A stretch of DNA of 64,000 bases from Bugula neritina (lineage: Eukaryota; Animalia; Bryozoa). The position numbers and the translations under genes were made by a program. Every line of letters starts with the position of its first letter. Within the stretch, counting starts at the first letter, position 1. Of this stretch, positions 11,921 to 25,849 are shown in pieces. The stretch is taken from NCBI GenBank assembly GCA_964035545.1, contig OZ037766.1, forward strand, positions 20,324,767-20,388,766. The letters are read 5' to 3'. Under the pieces are notes generated by a model, which was given only the letters and a program-made list of their open reading frames with translations, ran no database searches and was not told the origin of the DNA.

Positions 11921-14900
11921 TGCAATTAAGTGGGGAGCATAACTCCAGTATAGAAGAAACAAGATGAACTAGTGAGCTTGAGTGTAGAAATCTTTATTGT
12001 AGTATAGGTACCAAGTAAAAGCGGTCTTTATCCGGTGAGCTCCAGTAGTAGACTGATTCTACTCAGTGAGCTTGCCTCCTTATATACAATAGAATTCACA
12101 TTCTAGAATAATCCAACAGACAAAGAAAACTTGAGCTTTACAAAAAAAAAGAAGTAGACAAAGAAGAATAAACAATTTAATAGGCCAAGAGCTTAGCTAT
12201 AATAACACTTTTTGAAGGCATTCATAAAAGCTACACAAAGAGTTTAATTATAATAATGACGTAAATAGTTAATTCATTCTAGAACTTTCCAGAACATAGG
12301 GATGAAAACTCTCAAAATCCATTACATTTCCCCCTCATCGAAAAGCATTCTCTTTTCAATAACAGAAAAACAATCAGTTCACAAAATAAAACATCTTACA
12401 AAATAAAACACACAGAAGAGAAGAAAGTATGAAGTTAGTCGGAAGAGTGCGCCATGACTAGTTAAGCAGTATCAAACGAAACACGTGTAACAATAATATA
12501 AACAAACAATAGTAGCACACAACATATATACAGCCCGGGTAGCTAATGCCGACGGCTTCTAGCTGTCCGTTTCAGTCATCGGATTTGATGCAGCAGGCTT
12601 TCTATTTCTTCTGTATATCAGTCAAGGATGTGGGACTAGGCCTGGATCTCACTATCTAAGACACTCTTGTGATAAAGAGGCGTCCTACTTTGCTGGTGAT
12701 GAAGCGATTGTGTGTGGGCTGGCCGGGTCTTCTCTTTCTTCTGGCTGCCTGGTGGTCCGGGCTCATTGCCTACCCTTGCCAATGCTACCAGTAGAGGAGG
12801 GGTGATAGTTGGTTTGGTAGCGGTTGCAGTAGTGCCAGCTCTGATCAGCTGGGCAGGTAGCAGGGTCGTGGCTTCATTTTACGTTTTCTGAGTGAGGTCC
12901 AAGTAGTTCATGGCTATGGGGTATCGCCGCCTACCCGGCCAACACAACCTGAAGGAGCTGAGTGACTGTTGGCCAGGTGACTGAGCCGGTTTGGAGGTCT
13001 TTGTTTCTGGATATGTCATGCACTGTCGGGGCTATTCTGCACCCGAGGCTCGGAGTTTTTACCGGTACCGGGTGTACTGTGGTGACATCTCCATGTGGTA
13101 GTCAGCCAGATATCTAAGTGGCTTCCTAGTTCTCTGGCTTCTCTCAAGGATGATTAGCTCTGGCATGCTTGGCTGTTCCATGGGTACTGCGTGTAGAGGG
13201 GCTTCGCCCCACCCACGCCAGGGGCAAAGATGTCCTTCACCTGTGGTACCGTCGGCCCTAAGACCGGCAGGTCTCGACGGGCAAGCTGAGAAGGTGACTC
13301 TGGCTCGAGTTTCGGATCCCACTCTATGGGTCGTGTCACCCTTTCTCTGGTGTTTAGTTGTCGGTTGGGTTCCAGGAGGGAGGAGATTGTCCAACTGCGT
13401 CTGGGCTGGCATGGTATGGTTTCAGACGCTGCTCACTTTAAACAGAGATCTGCTCAGAGCGTTCCAATCGGCATGTGTGGTTGGGCAGCACTTCCACCAC
13501 GCAGTAGGGACCCACAAACTTGGGCTGTAGCTTAGCCGCCTGTCTGCGTCGCCTAGAATAGCTTACGATCCAGACCCAGTTCCCTACCTATAGGGGAGGG
13601 GGTTTCTGAGTCCTCAGTCCAGACCTTCAATTGCTTTTCTCGCAGTGCATCATAGGCCTCTTCCATGATTTTTACTAACTTCCCCCCTGTATTTATGTAC
13701 TGGAGACTTGCGAGCTGGGACATGGCATGTCAGGTGTTCCGGAACCCGTGTCTTTCGACCGAGCATAAGAAAGTTTGGGGTCTCTTGCGTGCTGGAGTGT
13801 GGTGTGTTACGGTAAGCCCGCATGATTTGTGGCAGCACCACATCCCATTCCTCTTGACTCCAGCCTAAGAGTAGGTTCCTGAGGGCATCACCTAACATCC
13901 TGTTGTTCCGCTATATGACTCCGTCCCCTTGCAGGTGATATGGGGTGGTCCGACTCAGATTCACCCCCCATATCCTGCAGAGGTATCTCATCGATTGAGA
14001 CTGGAACTGGGCACCCTGGTCCGTATGTATCCGTTTCGGTAGCCATAATAGCAGAATACCTACTAATCTAGGGCCCAGGCCACTGTAGGGGCTGACGCAT
14101 CTAGAATGACTAGGGTGTCTGCTCACTGGGTGAAGTGGTCCTTGAGCACCAGTATCCAGGTGGTCCCTCTGGTTGAACGGCATAGGCCCGACAAGGTCCC
14201 CCATCACTACTTGTCCGACCGACCAGAATACAGCCGGCATCGGCCAGTGGTTTCCATGGGGCGGCCATGCTTACTAGCTTGGCAGACCTCGCATAGCCGT
14301 ATTTGCATTCGCACGCCCTGAGTCATTTCGGGCCAGTACCATCGCAGCTGCAAACACCTGATGACCTGACTGGCTTCAGCATGAGCCTGTTTATGGGTGT
14401 CCCAGATCAGTTCCTGTTGAAGAGTGCGTGGACATACAACGCGGTCTCTCTTCTGTTGACGATTGTTTGCTGCTAGCGCCATCATCAGAAGGTCATCAGC
14501 ACTGACCTTGAGGGAATCCCAGCGACGACAGAAGAGTTGGAACTCAACGTATTCCTGTAGCTGCTGTTCTTCGCTAGATCGTCGGCCTTTTGTCTTAGCC
14601 TAGAAGATGTCTGCTACCGCGCCGGGTAGCGTCTCTTGAAGTTGGCACAGCTCCTTGATGTTTTGGTACAGTGTGGGGTTAATATGGAGTGCCTAGACGT
14701 CATCTGAGTGGGTTTCGGTTCAAAGATGGCCATGCTCGCAACAATAGACGTCGCCTTTCCCTAACTGTGCCTCGCGTCAAGGCGAGCGAGTTACCTGTCT
14801 CGCCTCTCAATGTGTAGGCATCGCTTACAGTCCTCCACTGGCCGACGACTCATGCCATCAGCGTTATCGTGCTTCTTACCAGGATGGTGCTCTTTCCAGT

Positions 14901-16900
14901 AGGAGAACTCAGCAAAAATCTTCAACCAACCAGCCACCTGGCTCAAGGGCTCAACACATTTGCACAGCCGTATCAGTGATGCATGAGTCTGTTCGTAATC
15001 TGAACGTTCTCCCATACAGATATGGCTGGAAGTGCTAGGAGCTCCTTCCTAGTAGTGCAGTAATTCTCGGCGGCCGCGAGAGTCTTGCTATAGTAAGCTA
15101 CAACCACCTCATTTCGACCCTGGAATTAGGTCAGAACAGCTCCCATGCTGTGGTCGCTGGCGCCGGTATCCAGGATAGACTCTTTGGCTAGATAACGATA
15201 TGCCAGAATTGATGCCTCCGTTAAGGAGAGGGTAAGCTTCTTGGATGGTAGCACTGTTGAGCTTGCGGTAGTCCACGCAGAACCTCCAACTACTATCCTT
15301 GACCAGGACTACTGGAGAGCTCCACGCAACATGGGCAGGCTCAATCAGGTCCCGATCGAGAAGATCTTGTACCTGCCGGCTCACCTCCTTCTCCTTTTTC
15401 GGGCCTAGATGTAGAGTCGGCTGCCTGATGGGGGTGTTGCCAGCTGCCAATGTCTTCGTCTCCGCGACTGAAGACATCACTGTACCCCAGGAGTGGTTGA
15501 GTCAGTACTTGGCGCTCAGTACTACTCGTACAGTTGTCACACGCTCCACCATACAGGTCAGCCAAGTGCTCCGGGACTGTTTTTCAATTGGAATGGGAGG
15601 GGGGGTTCCCTGGGTGTAGGCCAATGTCTCCAGTGCCAGCCCCACATCTGCTTCTTGAATGGAATGGTACTTCCCCACCAGCGTCCCAGCCAATAATCGG
15701 ACGGGTTCCGTAAAGGGGTTGATACACTGCACGAGGAGCTCTCCGACAGTCTAGCTGATTCAGGTTGCTTGCCAGTCGGATTGCTCCGTGCGTTCCCTAC
15801 TTCACTCCCAGACCTGCGATATTCTTGCAGTTGACTCTGCAGTGAAGAGTTGCCTGGGATCTCACTGGAATCGTACAGTCCCGCACTACCCAGACTCCGC
15901 CCACCAAAGGACTGCCAAACTTGTCAACACAGACAGGCTCCTTTCCAGCCATCACCACCGCCGACTTCTGGAAATTCATGTGACACTGGTGTATTTCTAG
16001 AAATGGCATCCCCAGGATGGCGCCCTCCCTCAGCTAGCTGACTATGAACATCGCGTGAATCACTTGGTCACAGACGCGTTCAAGTAGTGAAATGATGCTG
16101 TAAAAAGAAATACATGATCCGTCAGCTAACGTACTATGTGCACCTTCATACTGGCGCCAAGAAAGTCAAAGAGATGCCGCTCAGCAGGTTGGTAGTGCAC
16201 CCAGTATCCAGTAGGAATGTGGCAGCTTTACCCAAAAATTTTCCAAGTAGGAAGTAGCCGCTTCCATACGGCTGGGTGCTCCTGGAGCGGTCAGTCTCTG
16301 GGGGAGACACTACTTGGGTCTGCACAGCAGGCCTCCTCTTCGTCTTGCAGACACTGGAGATTTCTGAGGTTAGGAGGGTAGCTTGCGAAACTCTTGCGAG
16401 TAAGCTGAATCCTCCTCCACCACCTCCTCGGGCAACTCCGCAAACCGGTCACGGAGTGGCCAGGCCAGAGGATCGGGCAGACCTTGCGGTCTCCGAGATC
16501 TCCGAGGTGCCTGCCATCCTGTGTCCTGAGACTCCATCCAGGTACTAAGTGGTCGGGGCGGAGGATCGGGTAGACTTTAGAATCTCCGATGTGCTTGCCA
16601 CTCAGTATCAGCAGATTCCATGGATGTCCTCCTGGGCGTCCTCTGGACCTCTCCCCGGATAGCGCTGGGTTAGGGCAAACGATCGGCGGAAGTTACCGTG
16701 AGCCTTGGTAGTCTAAAAACACCCATCCCCCCTTTCGGGCAGTGTTTCCTCATATGGCCTGCCGCACCACAGCCCCAACAGGTGAGGTGTGGAGGGTGGA
16801 CCGGGTTGTCCCGCGATCGGGGAGCCCCCCTGTCGGTCTGGTGGAGTTGTAGCCTCGTCGCCGCAACCTGCAGGCCCTTCACTATGTCCATCAACATGGT
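11921..16900 (-). mobile_element. Ty3/Gypsy remnant B (gag-PR-RT-RH-IN, 3' LTR; 5' LTR missing)
   Basis: Gag knuckle CWGCGAAGHMRKHC; protease FLLDTGCTTNLL (about 16180-16220); RT start WSSPVVLVK..WRFCVDYRKLN; RNase H LDTGASDHSMGAVL..YCTTRKELL; integrase HKQAH..YWPEM..CEVC and IHTDQGAQF. PPT GAGGGGGAAA at 12327-12336. LTR about 11921-12326 (TGCAAT..ATTACA) with minus-strand TATA and AATAAA. Many stops and frameshifts. Confidence 0.92.
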
Positions 16901-16909
16901 GAGCTGTGT

Positions 16910-17165
16910 AGATGAACGAAAAATCGCAATTAACGATAAGCACCATTTGATTAGTCAATAGAATTTTAGCAACAGTAATTATTTCATTTTTATCACATTT
17001 CTTTATTTGGCAATTTTCTGTTGTTTGTATCCCGTGCAAGACTCATTCACAGACTATTTGTTATGTGTTTCGTTCAACGAGTGTGTGGCTGGTCATAACG
17101 AGAAGGTAACTCACGAAAATCGTCACACGGTCTTATAATGCTTGCTTCTCACCTGCAAAGGCCGT
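16910..17165 (+). mobile_element. 3' part of the Harbinger-like non-autonomous element
   Basis: Direct match to 11401-11452; inverted terminal motifs CGAGTGTGTGGCTGGTC (17078-17094) and TTCTCACCTGCAAAGGCC (to 17163). Confidence 0.55.
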
Positions 17166-17199
17166 GACTGGTACCAGTGAATATTATTGTTTTACCCTC

Positions 17200-18514
17200 A
17201 CAGTTAACAAAAGATTGACTGCCAAGAGAGTATCAGCAAATGATAAAACAATACAAACTGCTGTTTTACTCCAAGATGCACTTTATGTAAACGAGGTAAA
17301 TTTTGTTCGCCCAGGAGTGGAACATTCTGGCGTATGCATATATGATGAGAACTGGTGAGTAGGTTGGGTTCTAAACAAATTTGGGAAATGAAAAAATCTG
17401 CCCATTAAATTTATGCATTTCTATGGACATACCTACTCACTTCACTGGCCTTCCGTGGAGGATAAAGGCTGGGCACCAAAACAATGTGTGCTATATTATG
17501 TCAGGACACCGACTACATTCAATGGAAGAAAGCACTGCCTACAGGTATATGATGCAACCTTCCTCTGATGAATATTATTCAGGCTTTATGTAAAAGTTTT
17601 GTGCAGACTTTCGTAAATATGCCATTCAATAATAAATGATAATTATACAATTTTTCTTTTCTCATTTACTAGATTTAAATCTATTGTCCTTTTAAATTGT
17701 AATCGTTTACTGGTTTTACCTAAAATTAACACAGTTTAATCAATTTTATGAAGTATAATGATTAACGATATTCAAATTAAATTTAAATGTTATGAAAATG
17801 ATTGCAGATAATATGTAAGCAATTTTGGTATTTTTAATGACTTTATGCATATTCCAGTAACCGTATAAAGTGTAGTTTTAAATATAAGCAAAAATCGAAA
17901 AAACTCGTCACTTTAATCCAAAATTTTTCTATGAAGGAACAATATACAAACGTTCAGTTTTTAATATAATATAATATACACCAACATATTTAGAATGAAA
18001 CCACTTTTAAAAAAATTCATTTATACCAACATTGAGTTTTCCCCTCACGAAATAGTGAATAAATTTCATATTTTTAGAATTTCAGCACGCAATTGTGATG
18101 AAACTTATGCCAGTAAAAAGCTGAAACTTTTTTAATGTGATATGTATAATGTAGTTGTTAGGTGCTAAAAATATCAAGATCATAGCTATTTGTAAAAGGT
18201 AAATTTTAAGTGCCAGAAAATTGACGATTTTCAAAAAATAACAAATTTTTGGCCTAAAAACGTATTGCAACAGAAAATGTTTCTCAACACTTGTGGCAGA
18301 TTTTTTGCCTTAATTTAATTAAAGTCATGTAAAACTATCATCCATAAAAGTATGAAAGGTTTGTCTTGAATCGTCTTTGAGATACAAACCCCTTCAGCAC
18401 GTAAACCCATGAAAAAAAAGTGCCATAACTACAAAACTACTTTTTCAATTGACATATTTCGGAATACCATACTAGAGTCTCAAAAAAATCTGAGATAGGT
18501 CTGTGAAAATCCTC
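17200..18514 (+). mobile_element. 3' end of a decayed DNA transposon, Sola2-like (tentative)
   Basis: The disrupted frame reads VCIYDENW*VGWVL..IKFMH..LHWPSVEDKGWAP..PTTFNGR, a C-terminal signature seen in invertebrate DNA transposases. The candidate terminus ..AAAATCCTC (5'-GAG on minus) fits Sola-type ends. Confidence 0.4.
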
Positions 18515-19853
18515 AAAAACCTTGTTGAGTTGGCGTACAAATTTAAAATTATTTAATAAAGTAATAAAAATTCTGGCTATTTGCATGGAGAACAAGTAGA
18601 AACACTCAGCCACCAACTAAGAAAATGGAGCATTGCTAAACAGAACATGGTTAAAATGAGCCGCCCTCAGTGGTCTAAAATCAGACAGTTGTGATCTTAT
18701 AGTTTAATAGAAGTGATGACAGTGCACTTCTTGCTCTACACTGGACACTGTACCTAAATCTTTCCATTGACAAATTTGAACATGTAATGTATAAAGATGA
18801 TAGCAAAGATATATGTGAATGTGTTAATACTGTTAATACTGTTAATTATTGGATTCTTAGATAAATAGATTACACTAAGGCTTTGCACGTATTTAGTGTT
18901 TTTTCCCTGTAAATTTTCTTATATACAAGTTGAGTTATTTACCAATTCGAATTACACACAAAACAATATTATTTTTCCTAAATGCTAATACGTAATTAAT
19001 GATGTAATGAAGGTTCGGACAAGGGGGGACAATTACTTTATAAAGTAATGCAAGGAATGTAAAGACAGATACTGCACAACAAGTTATATACCCAAATACA
19101 CCATTAAACAAAGCAGAGAGCATTAGTACATAAATAGCATAATATCCAAAGCCCCTTAGCCCAGGATCGTCAGTAGAAAAACTGAACATCTTAAATACAA
19201 ACCTATGTAAATTGCTATAAAATTCAAGAGAAATGGTTTAAAATTAGATGCCATGGCTGGATGAACAGCATCTATATTCTGCAGAAACCAATCAGGCAAA
19301 AATATATGACTAATATGTATTGATACTAAGAATGTCATGCACTCTTCTCCATAATGCCTCAAAGAATAAAAAACTACATCAACTTTGCAGGACTTCTATA
19401 ATGAAAACTTTTGTCAATATATTAACACTTCTGCAACAGTTTCATAACTACATTCACCACATAAGTAAATTTTAAACAATAAGTTAGATAGAATTAATTC
19501 TAAACCAACAACAGAAGAAATAGAGGCGTAAATTCAATGTAACATAGGCAACCATGTAACCAGGAGTCAAGAGTTGTTGTTTCATCTTGGGAAGTTTTAA
19601 CTAGCGCATTAGCAACTGCATGGCTGCTTTATTGAACAACAATGTGGGCTGGTGACACTGGGGACTTACCAACATGCACAGAATTTGAGAGCTGAAACTC
19701 ACTGAATAAGGCAATGGTACTAAAACCCCCTAACAGTACAGTATATTGGTTTGTTGCACAACACACATTTATTACAGGATGAAAACAGTGGCTGGATTTA
19801 TCTAACACAGCTTGGTTGTCCAATTACCCCTAAAACTGCAATAAGACACTTAC

Positions 19854-19918
19854 TCATTATCAGATGGCGAACTGGACCGGCTTCCAAAGGGTAAAGAGAC
19901 GGCCCTTGTGAGTGACAT
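19854..19918 (-). CDS. UCKL1: Probable first coding exon of UCKL1 (MSLTRAVSLPFGSRSSSPSDNE)
   Basis: ATG at 19916-19918, AG acceptors just upstream and a perfect GTAAGT donor. The phase-2 end matches the phase-2 start of exon 4889-5001. Ser/Pro-rich N-terminus. Confidence 0.65.
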
Positions 19919-21849
19919 GGTTACAATCTTCCTACAATCTATACAAAATATCAAGAAGTTAGCAACAATAATGGCTGCATAATATTATATATCAAATAAA
20001 CTATATGTAGGGCTACCAATACAACCTAAAATTTATAAAAGATGGCAAAAAACTGCACATTACTATATATCTACTGTGTGTACGTACATGTAGATATAAC
20101 CATAGATATATGTATAACCAAATGTTTTCATCTAATTAAATCATCACTATATATACAATATTATCATTAACTCAAAGAGATATTTAAGTCCTTTCCATTT
20201 GAAGTTCAATTGCTAAGATAATAGACTTGCACAACTATTAAAAGCTTGCAAGACTGTCTCAGTTTTTGTCTCATGGTAATTCCAGCAATTAAATAGATTG
20301 CAATAATTATAAGGAGTGGGAAATGCCTTCGAGTTAAAACAGAAATTCACTGACTGGGTAGTTTTAGCAAAAGTATCAGAAAAGAAAGATAATTGCTATT
20401 CCTATAAATTCGAGCAACCTTTGACTTGTTAGAAAAAAATTTAGGCTTTTTACATTTTTAAATAAGCTAGCATACCCTTTTCAGAGGTCCCCAATGCTCC
20501 CCCTCCCCAGCACACAATAAGAGTTGCGGTTTCAAAAAACAAAATTTTCGGAGCAAAATAGACTTAAACTTATTTTTGTAGTTTCGGTTTATGAGTAATG
20601 CTAGAGTGCCACGTCAGCATTGCTCAATAACCAAACCACAAAAACGCTTTCAAGCTTATCTCCATCAAAATTATCCATGAAGAAATATTTTTAAAAAGAT
20701 TTTTGAGCTGCTCATGTGTGCTTATACCAAATATCTATCTTCTAAAATAACAATTCTATAGCATAATTAGAATTTTAAGTAGAAGCCAAACTTCAAAATC
20801 TTTAATGAGTTTGCTCTTTATACAAAGGTTCAACCTATTCACTTTGGGAGGACACAACTCTTAATTGTAAAGGAAATATCAGAGACTTCTGAAAAGAGTC
20901 TATTGTAATGACCAATTAAATATTCCTATGCTGCAATTTGACCTTAGCATATACTTTATATATTATGGAGTTCAGTTTATATAAAATAAACAGCTAACTT
21001 GGGCTTCAAAGTAATAGTTGAGTATAATATATTACCTAGAGCAGCCCTTATGACGTATGCAGCTTTCATTTAAAAACCTACGTTGTATTAAAACATCAAA
21101 ATTAATAACCTATCAGTTGCCTACATGCTACTTTATGGTTAGTCTCTGTATTGAAAGAAACTTCAATTAGCTACCAAATACAACTGAAATTAATAAAATG
21201 CTGATTCCTGAACTTTTATCATTACATTACAGAAATTTCAGGCTTAAATTTAAAAATAAGTTCTTATCCTGTAAACAAGTCCTAAAAAAAACTTGGCCAC
21301 TTAGTTTAATCATCCTGTTATCAGTTATGATATAATGCTTTTGTATCATTATGATTGACATATTGACACTAGTATATTGCATCTACTGTGTAAATCTATT
21401 TTATGGAAAAAAGAAAAAAGGCTCAAATAAGTATTACTTAGGTGTCATTTGACCTCATGTAATGCCTTCAACAAATCCATTAGCCCTCAAAGAACATAAA
21501 ATTGATTTTTCTGCTGCACATATCTTTATGGTAGGTCAACAAGATAACGTTTAACCGTTTTAATATTATAAAACGTGCAAGTGGGCCAAATCGAGTTTCA
21601 CACTCTTCTTACCATTGCAAACAAATAGAATATTCAGTCATTTGTCAGTATCAGTAGTCGTTATCTATTCAACATCAAAAGTTAAAACTTTTATCTTACT
21701 AATAATAATTATAGTGTTACAAATAATTTATCCACTTTAATAATCATATGGTATATAACTAATTAAAAATTTATTCCAATTTTAATTAGTAATCTATTGT
21801 GAACATATTTTATTATGGTAGCGATGTATTGTTATGTAATATGCTTGTC

Positions 21850-24051
21850 AGAAAAGACTGCTTTGCTTCATGCCTTGCTTAAAAAAGACACTCCTTAGGT
21901 TTGGTCACAGAAATATGATGAAACCTTTAAGCAAGTAAAAATAACACCAGTGTTAGCTCCATATTCACCGGAAAGGCACACAATAGCAACAACAGATACT
22001 AATAGACAAGGACTTGGGGCTACACTTAGTCAGATTCAGCCTGACGGAACTCAAAGATTGGTAGCAGCAGTTAGTTATTCTTCGACAGAGACTGAGCAGA
22101 GGTATGCTGCCATTGAGCTTGAAAGTCTTGGTGTGGGCTATAGAATGATTATCTCAGAAGATTCTAGGAATAAAGGATGTTCTCATAGAAACTGATCATC
22201 GACCTCTTGCGATCCTCTTTAAAAAAATGTTCCTAGATAGGTTACCACCTTGAATACAGGGATTCAATGATAATTTATAATGAAATTAGATATACGAAAA
22301 AGTCAAGAAATACCTCAACAGATGCTCTGTCTAGGAACACATGCAGCACACGAGAGGACACGAATTATGTCAGAGTTGAAGAGATTGAACATGTAAAGAA
22401 GATGGTAGTACCAAATGGCTCTGACAAAAGACTAAAAATTTTGCAAAAAAACAACGCAAAGATTCTGAGCTCTATAGAGTTATTAGGTTTGTAGAAACTG
22501 AGTGGCCTCCCTATCTCTCATCAGTAGATAATTTGATCAAACCGTTTTATGACAGGAAATCATTGCTCACTATGAATAAGGATTCTTGATGCTAGCAAAT
22601 AGACTGGTTATTCCTCTATCTCAGAGAGACCAGGTGATGCAGGATCTCCATTGAGGGCATCTCGGCATCAGTAAATGCTTATCCATAGCAAAAAACAGCT
22701 TGTGGTGGCTGTCAATGTTTAATGCTATTGAGGAAACGATAATGGGATGTGCAGAATGTTAATCAAACACTATTATAAAAAGAGAGCCCCTGAGACCTAC
22801 TGCAGCGCCTACTACGCTGTGGCAGATGCTTGGTACAGATATTCTTCAGTACCAAGGCCAAATATATTTAATAGTGATTGACTACTAATTAAAGCACCCT
22901 GAATTGGCACTCCTACGTGCAGCTAATTTCACACAGACAAAAGTTATATTAACAATGAAGTCGATGTTTTCTAGATGAAGTCTATAAAACATTGACCATC
23001 GCGAAATTGGCGGTGTTTGATAATGGACCTCAGAATGACAGCCAGGAATTTTCTGCATTTGCAGAGGACTATGGGTTTCAGCATTTTACAAGCAGTCCAC
23101 ACTATCCTAGAGGAAACGAAGCAGCAGAACGTGCTGCTGTACAAAGTATTAGGAACATGTTAAAAAAGAAACAAGATACAAAAATTTGGCATCGTTAGCT
23201 TATTTTTCCTCTCCACTATTTAGAATGTATTTTACAGCAGAGCTCCTTGTGGAGTAATAAACTACGCACAACGTTGGTAACACATCCTGATGATCTGTTA
23301 CCGAAGCTACCAGATCATGGCAGCTTTAAGGTGGCTAATAACCAATACAAATACAAAATAAAAAAGAATCATGATAAAAATCCAAAGAAAAATTCCCTCA
23401 AGCTTCTTGTAGAGGGAGAACTGGTTCTTGTTAAGATAACACCAGAGAAAGACTAACCAGTGGGCAACCAGATGAGATGTCCTGCATAGTTCAAATAGCT
23501 GCTGATACAGGAAGCTTTGTTAAACTAGGTCAGATGTGGTACCTTTGCCATCCTGTGTACCTTGGTCTTAGGGAATCTAAGAGACCTATTTGGTTTAATA
23601 ATTATAAATGTGTGTTCTGTCAACATGTGCATAAACTAAAAGGATAACAATGGTTGTATTTAGATATTACTGCATCATAAAAATTAATCATAAACCCTTG
23701 CTACATCATAGTTTATTCACCTTATTTTTAATCATATATTAGTATGGCTTTGTAACATCATTGCTTACTTATGTTGCTGTTATGTTCGCTTTAAAAAGTT
23801 ATGTAGTTTTGACTTGTTTAATATTCTACAAGAACACTTAAAAGGAGATGTTGTAATATGTAATTTGCAGTTGTTTGTTCTCATTATAATCACATGTTAT
23901 GTACTTTGTAATTGTGTTTCCCTATTCTTTATATCAACGACTCATTATATATCAGTTTTCAACGGTTTTCGTTTTAAGTGCTGGATGTACTGAATAAAGA
24001 TTAAGAACAATCAATAAATCTATTTAGTTATAAACAGATTAGATATCAACA
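21850..24051 (+). mobile_element. Ty3/Gypsy remnant C: RNase H-integrase, PPT and about 200-bp 3' LTR
   Basis: GLGATLSQ..ETEQRYAAIELESL, DALSR, WW..M, DNGPQ..TSSPHYPRGNEAAERA, LRTTL. PPT AAAGGAGATG precedes a TGTAAT(23852)..TCAACA(24051) LTR with AATAAA. Confidence 0.88.
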
Positions 24052-24099
24052 TAAACCAATGTAATTACTAAAACACATGCCTTGCATTTGTCATGGCTA

Positions 24100-25560
24100 C
24101 TTCAGTCAATATCTATGGTGTATTTGTTGCAGATTGTTTAAATTTGAGACAATACCACGCTGGGGCGGTGTTTTGAGAGGATAGTCCCAGCAGCAAGCTC
24201 AATGTCGAAGATTTTTCAGACCATGTTTGAAGACATTTTTGAACTTCAGCCATGGCTTTCAGTCTGTTCATAATTTCCATTCTGTTTGAAGGTTCGACCC
24301 AATCAGGTCTAGTGGGAGTGTTGAGCAGAATTTTAAAGCATGCTAAGTAAGCTGTGCTCTCGCTGCCATAGAGCTCACCGTAGCGCTCTTTCAGGCTGTT
24401 GAATTTTACCATATATAATTGTTCTACCTTTCTTTTCCAAGACACTGGCAGTGTAAACAGAGGGTCCAGCAGCAGTCTTGATTGCTCTAAGCATAGCCTA
24501 GAATTTAGATGTCTTTCAAGAGCTTCATCCTGAGTACAGAGTGGGTCCATTTGACATTTGTTGAGTAGTAGATTGAGTTAAACTCCATTTTAAAACAACT
24601 CTGGGTGGGTGATTTCATTTTTAGAAGACAGTGATGGTTCAAGCTTATGAGCTTGTTCTACGATATCATATAAATATTTTTATACTAATCGGTTTTGTCT
24701 CTTTCTCAGACCAAAGCTATCAACATATATCTGGTGAATAATGCCCTTTATTTTTACCCCAGTGAGTGCGAGAATCACAGGATTTTTCTACATCTAAGAG
24801 AATGTAGAAAAGTTTTATTGTATTGCAGTACTGCATTTGTAGGTTAAGGGCATTCACTTGCTCTATATCAATTTTCTTCAACCTTTGCAATATGTTAATG
24901 GCTGAAAGCTTGTTAAAGATACAAGACTGTGATATGCCTAGGTTATTCAAAACTTCTTGCCGGTGTCTTTTGCTAATAATTATGAAGTCAAGTTGATGCC
25001 AGACCTTTGAGCAAGGATGACACCAAAAAACTTGTCTGTGAATTTTTTCAAGAACTAGTATCTTGGTGACACAGATTATTTCCTGGGCAAAGCAAAACAC
25101 AAACTTTGCTAAACATTTTGGCCAGCTAGAATGATCTGCTTCTACGCCTCCAAGAAGACCACCTGTTCTGAACCATATGCTTGTTTGATTACATCATCTA
25201 TCTGGAAATGAAACTTGTTTTTATCATCAGCGAGAGCTGCTAAGGTTGAAACATTAGCACTGATTACTTTAATATTTCCTCATCATGTGCTCATCTTCAA
25301 AACAAAAATGCAGTAACTGAAAGTATATGGTGCTTGTGTAGCAAGGAGCAGTGCATTAAACATTGAAAAATGTGCTCCTAACACAGCTTTCTAAAGAAAA
25401 AATGTGTACTGATCCTGCAAAGAAGTTATAGAAAATTTTGGTCCTAGATGAACACTAAACTATTGTGGTCATCTTGATCTATACCCCATATACAAATATA
25501 GCTAGCTTGGTATTTTGAGGTGAACTTAGAGCAGTGAGACCAGAGCGTATTCTTTGATTC
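24100..25560 (-). mobile_element. RTE-clade LINE remnant (APE endonuclease and RT C-terminal pieces)
   Basis: WCHPCSKVWHQLDFIIISKR resembles the RTE endonuclease end motif; LYGSES resembles the RT thumb LYGxE motif; heavily degraded. Confidence 0.65.
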
Positions 25561-25849
25561 GCTGATGGTGAGCTGAAGTACCCTCTTGACTTTTTAGCAA
25601 TTGGCACGGTCATTGTAACTTTGACAATAACTAAACCACAACTACTTCAAATGTTGCGATAGAGTGATGAAAACAGCTTATTGTTTATTACTATTTATAT
25701 CACCACTAGAGGTGGTGGAAGCGGGAGTCAACATGTGTAACTAGACACTATAGACTTTTGCATCAAAGGCTGATAAAAATGATAAAATAAAAAAAAATTA
25801 CTGCCAGTCAAGACTTCATGCTAACCTCCAATGTACAAGAAAATCAAAG

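Noticed and set aside
13059-16961. Many overlapping short ORFs on both strands as separate genes
   Set aside because: Frameshifted pieces or antisense shadows of the GC-rich Gypsy B element
18935-19362. Hydrophobic minus-strand ORFs as a nested membrane-protein gene
   Set aside because: No recognisable motif, frames do not join, and hydrophobic bias is expected from T-rich DNA
19670-19729. Extra UCKL1 exon ending in a perfect GTAAGT donor
   Set aside because: No acceptor gives a stop-free phase 2-2 exon
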